Shown: in pieces, positions 53,506 to 64,000 of the stretch
Layout: the number at the start of each line of letters is the position of its first letter
How positions within the stretch are numbered: position 1 is the first letter of the stretch
NCBI GenBank assembly: GCA_964016885.1
Contig: CAXHJY010001109.1
Coordinates: 37,614-101,613 of the forward strand
Source: Eledone cirrhosa
Taxonomy: Eukaryota
Reading direction: 5' to 3'
DNA length: 64,000 nt
Notes under the pieces: generated by a model
Told to the model about the DNA's origin: nothing
The model's database searches: none
The model's input: the letters and a program-made list of their open reading frames with translations, nothing else
Program-made: the position numbers and the translations under genes

Positions 53506-54860
53506 TTAAAGATAAACTAGTCACTTGGGAGGGAAGACATTGCCGCCGTTTCTTGTCCATCTGTATGTCATTGAACAACAATGTTAATGAACATATATTA
53601 TTTTATGTCCATTTCCTATGCTAGCGTGGGTTGGACGGCTCGTTTACTACCTGAGTCGATTCATATTCGGAATTACTGCTTTCCTAAATGGTTAAGGGGA
53701 CAAAATGACGTTCGTACATCCTAATTTTGACATATTTCAGACCTACCAACCCCTAAAAATTCAAACGGAGTACCATGAAAAAAGAAATGCCCCAAAACGG
53801 AGATAAATGAGACAAAATGGGGAGATTTTACATAATGAAAGCTATACCCATTTTCACAAAAGAAGACCTCTCTCACCCACCCCAAAGTGACTGAGAGATC
53901 TCCCCGTCCGACGGGGAGAATTGACAAGTCTGATATTTGGAAATATACTGTTATGGGGAGGGTCTGAATCTACCACAATGCAGAAACTAAAAAACAATTG
54001 AAAAACGTCTGCAAAAAGCTAACATACTTCCAAATCTCTCCAATGATATATAAATTAACTTTCTCCCTCTCTCATATGTACTTTCGGGTAACAAATAATA
54101 GGGAGGGTTGGAATAAGCGGGTGTGGGATGTAAAATCGGTAATTTTTCTAGGTTGTCTCTCTTGATTTAAAAAAAAAAACAGAATTAGTCATTTACATAT
54201 TTATTTTATCAAGTATGAGATTTCTACTAATGTTATTAATGTATAAAGAAAATTAATTATCGCCCGAGATACATTAGCAAAATTTAATAACCGGCAGGGT
54301 GAGGGCGACAATTATCCGACACCCGAGAGTGATATATATCATAATATAATAAAGGGAGGAGTGCGGGACTGTCATGAATATATTTGTTTATCTCGTTAGT
54401 AAAATAAGTTGGATTACTTAGAATAAATATTAAATGAATATTACATAATTTATGTACTAAATTTCGTAGCTCTTGATTAAACATAAATATATGGATTGCT
54501 TATTTTAAGATTCACTTCTTTTAAAATTTTCAAATGTCAAGACTTCCGGTTATGATATTATGGACGTTATATTATATCGCTTATATAAACGTTGATATTT
54601 GCATCGTTATATCATAACGTTTATATTTCTGTCGCTAATTTTCTCCTGTTTCGTTTTCATTACATTTCACCGTAATGCAGTTTATATATAATATCGTCTT
54701 TTTTAAATGTATCATGGATTACTTTACAGATTACAGAAGAGAGTGTAACAGTCTCTCTTCAATTTCTGTGCATATTGTCAATTACGATTTTATTTGATGT
54801 ATCATATCTATATGCATGTATATTTGCATATGATATCAGTATGCACACTACACATGCTAC

Positions 54861-54895
54861 CAGAAAAGCACCCGATGGGTGTTTTTTTCTGCTAG
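54861..54895 (+). mobile_element. Helitron-like 3' terminus (5' end not located)
   Basis: CAGAAAAGCACCC-GAT-GGGTGTTTTTTTCTG hairpin then CTAG|T. Confidence 0.45.
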
Positions 54896-55357
54896 TATAT
54901 ATAAGAGAGAGATTTTGTTATTTACAAATCATGTGGAAGATTTGAAAATGTGTTTTTCTTTCGTTTCGTAAATAGCTTTTGCCGTATTTTTTACTTGAAG
55001 CAGGTAGTTCTTTAGCTAGATGTTGTTGTTGTTGGGAAGTGAGTGAGTGAAGTTGATCTCGATGAGTTAAGAGAAGCTATGCCATATTTAAGGAATCAAA
55101 AATTGTACTAACTTGTGGTGTGAAGTGATATTACCTTGAGGGGTCACCACTTTAACACCACACGATGATCAGTCAAACATACCGCGCCTAGCAATACACG
55201 AACCAATGTGATATCGCGTTTCCTCGTTAAAACAGTCAATAAGGTGCCACTTCTTAGAACCTGGATGCATCCAAGTTGTCTTTCTGCTGAAAGAGCGAGT
55301 TCCCAACAAAATCCATCTCAGCTCACATCTGCAACACCTTTCTAGGAGAGAGAAACT

Positions 55358-64000
<8,643 letters not shown>

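Overview
AT-rich eukaryotic (metazoan) genomic DNA made almost entirely of transposable elements and simple repeats. The SINE types and (TA)n/(CA)n density suggest a cephalopod, probably Octopus; this is inference only. Contents: one intact Tx1-type LINE ORF2 (11912-15349) and a decayed inverted copy; a decayed RTE-clade LINE; a CR1-like fragment; non-autonomous Helitrons; many tRNA-derived SINEs; 14-bp, 29-bp and 38-bp tandem arrays; and an ~8.6-kb TA-rich array at the end. About ten pieces of Penelope-like elements (PLEs, mostly with Naiad-type motifs) are packed between (TA)n tracts. The strongest hidden signal is a cluster of about 13-15 type I hammerhead ribozyme motifs between 16.6 and 46.3 kb, all folded by eye. 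Several have very long stem II insertions (up to ~116 nt), non-canonical stem II closing pairs, or compensatory base changes between copies. Also notable are a PLE-Tx1 chimera joined just after the PLE YVDD motif and a 65-copy satellite made from the Pol III A-box of a single SINE. Most short ORFs in the track are microsatellite artefacts. Only one weak candidate host exon was seen.
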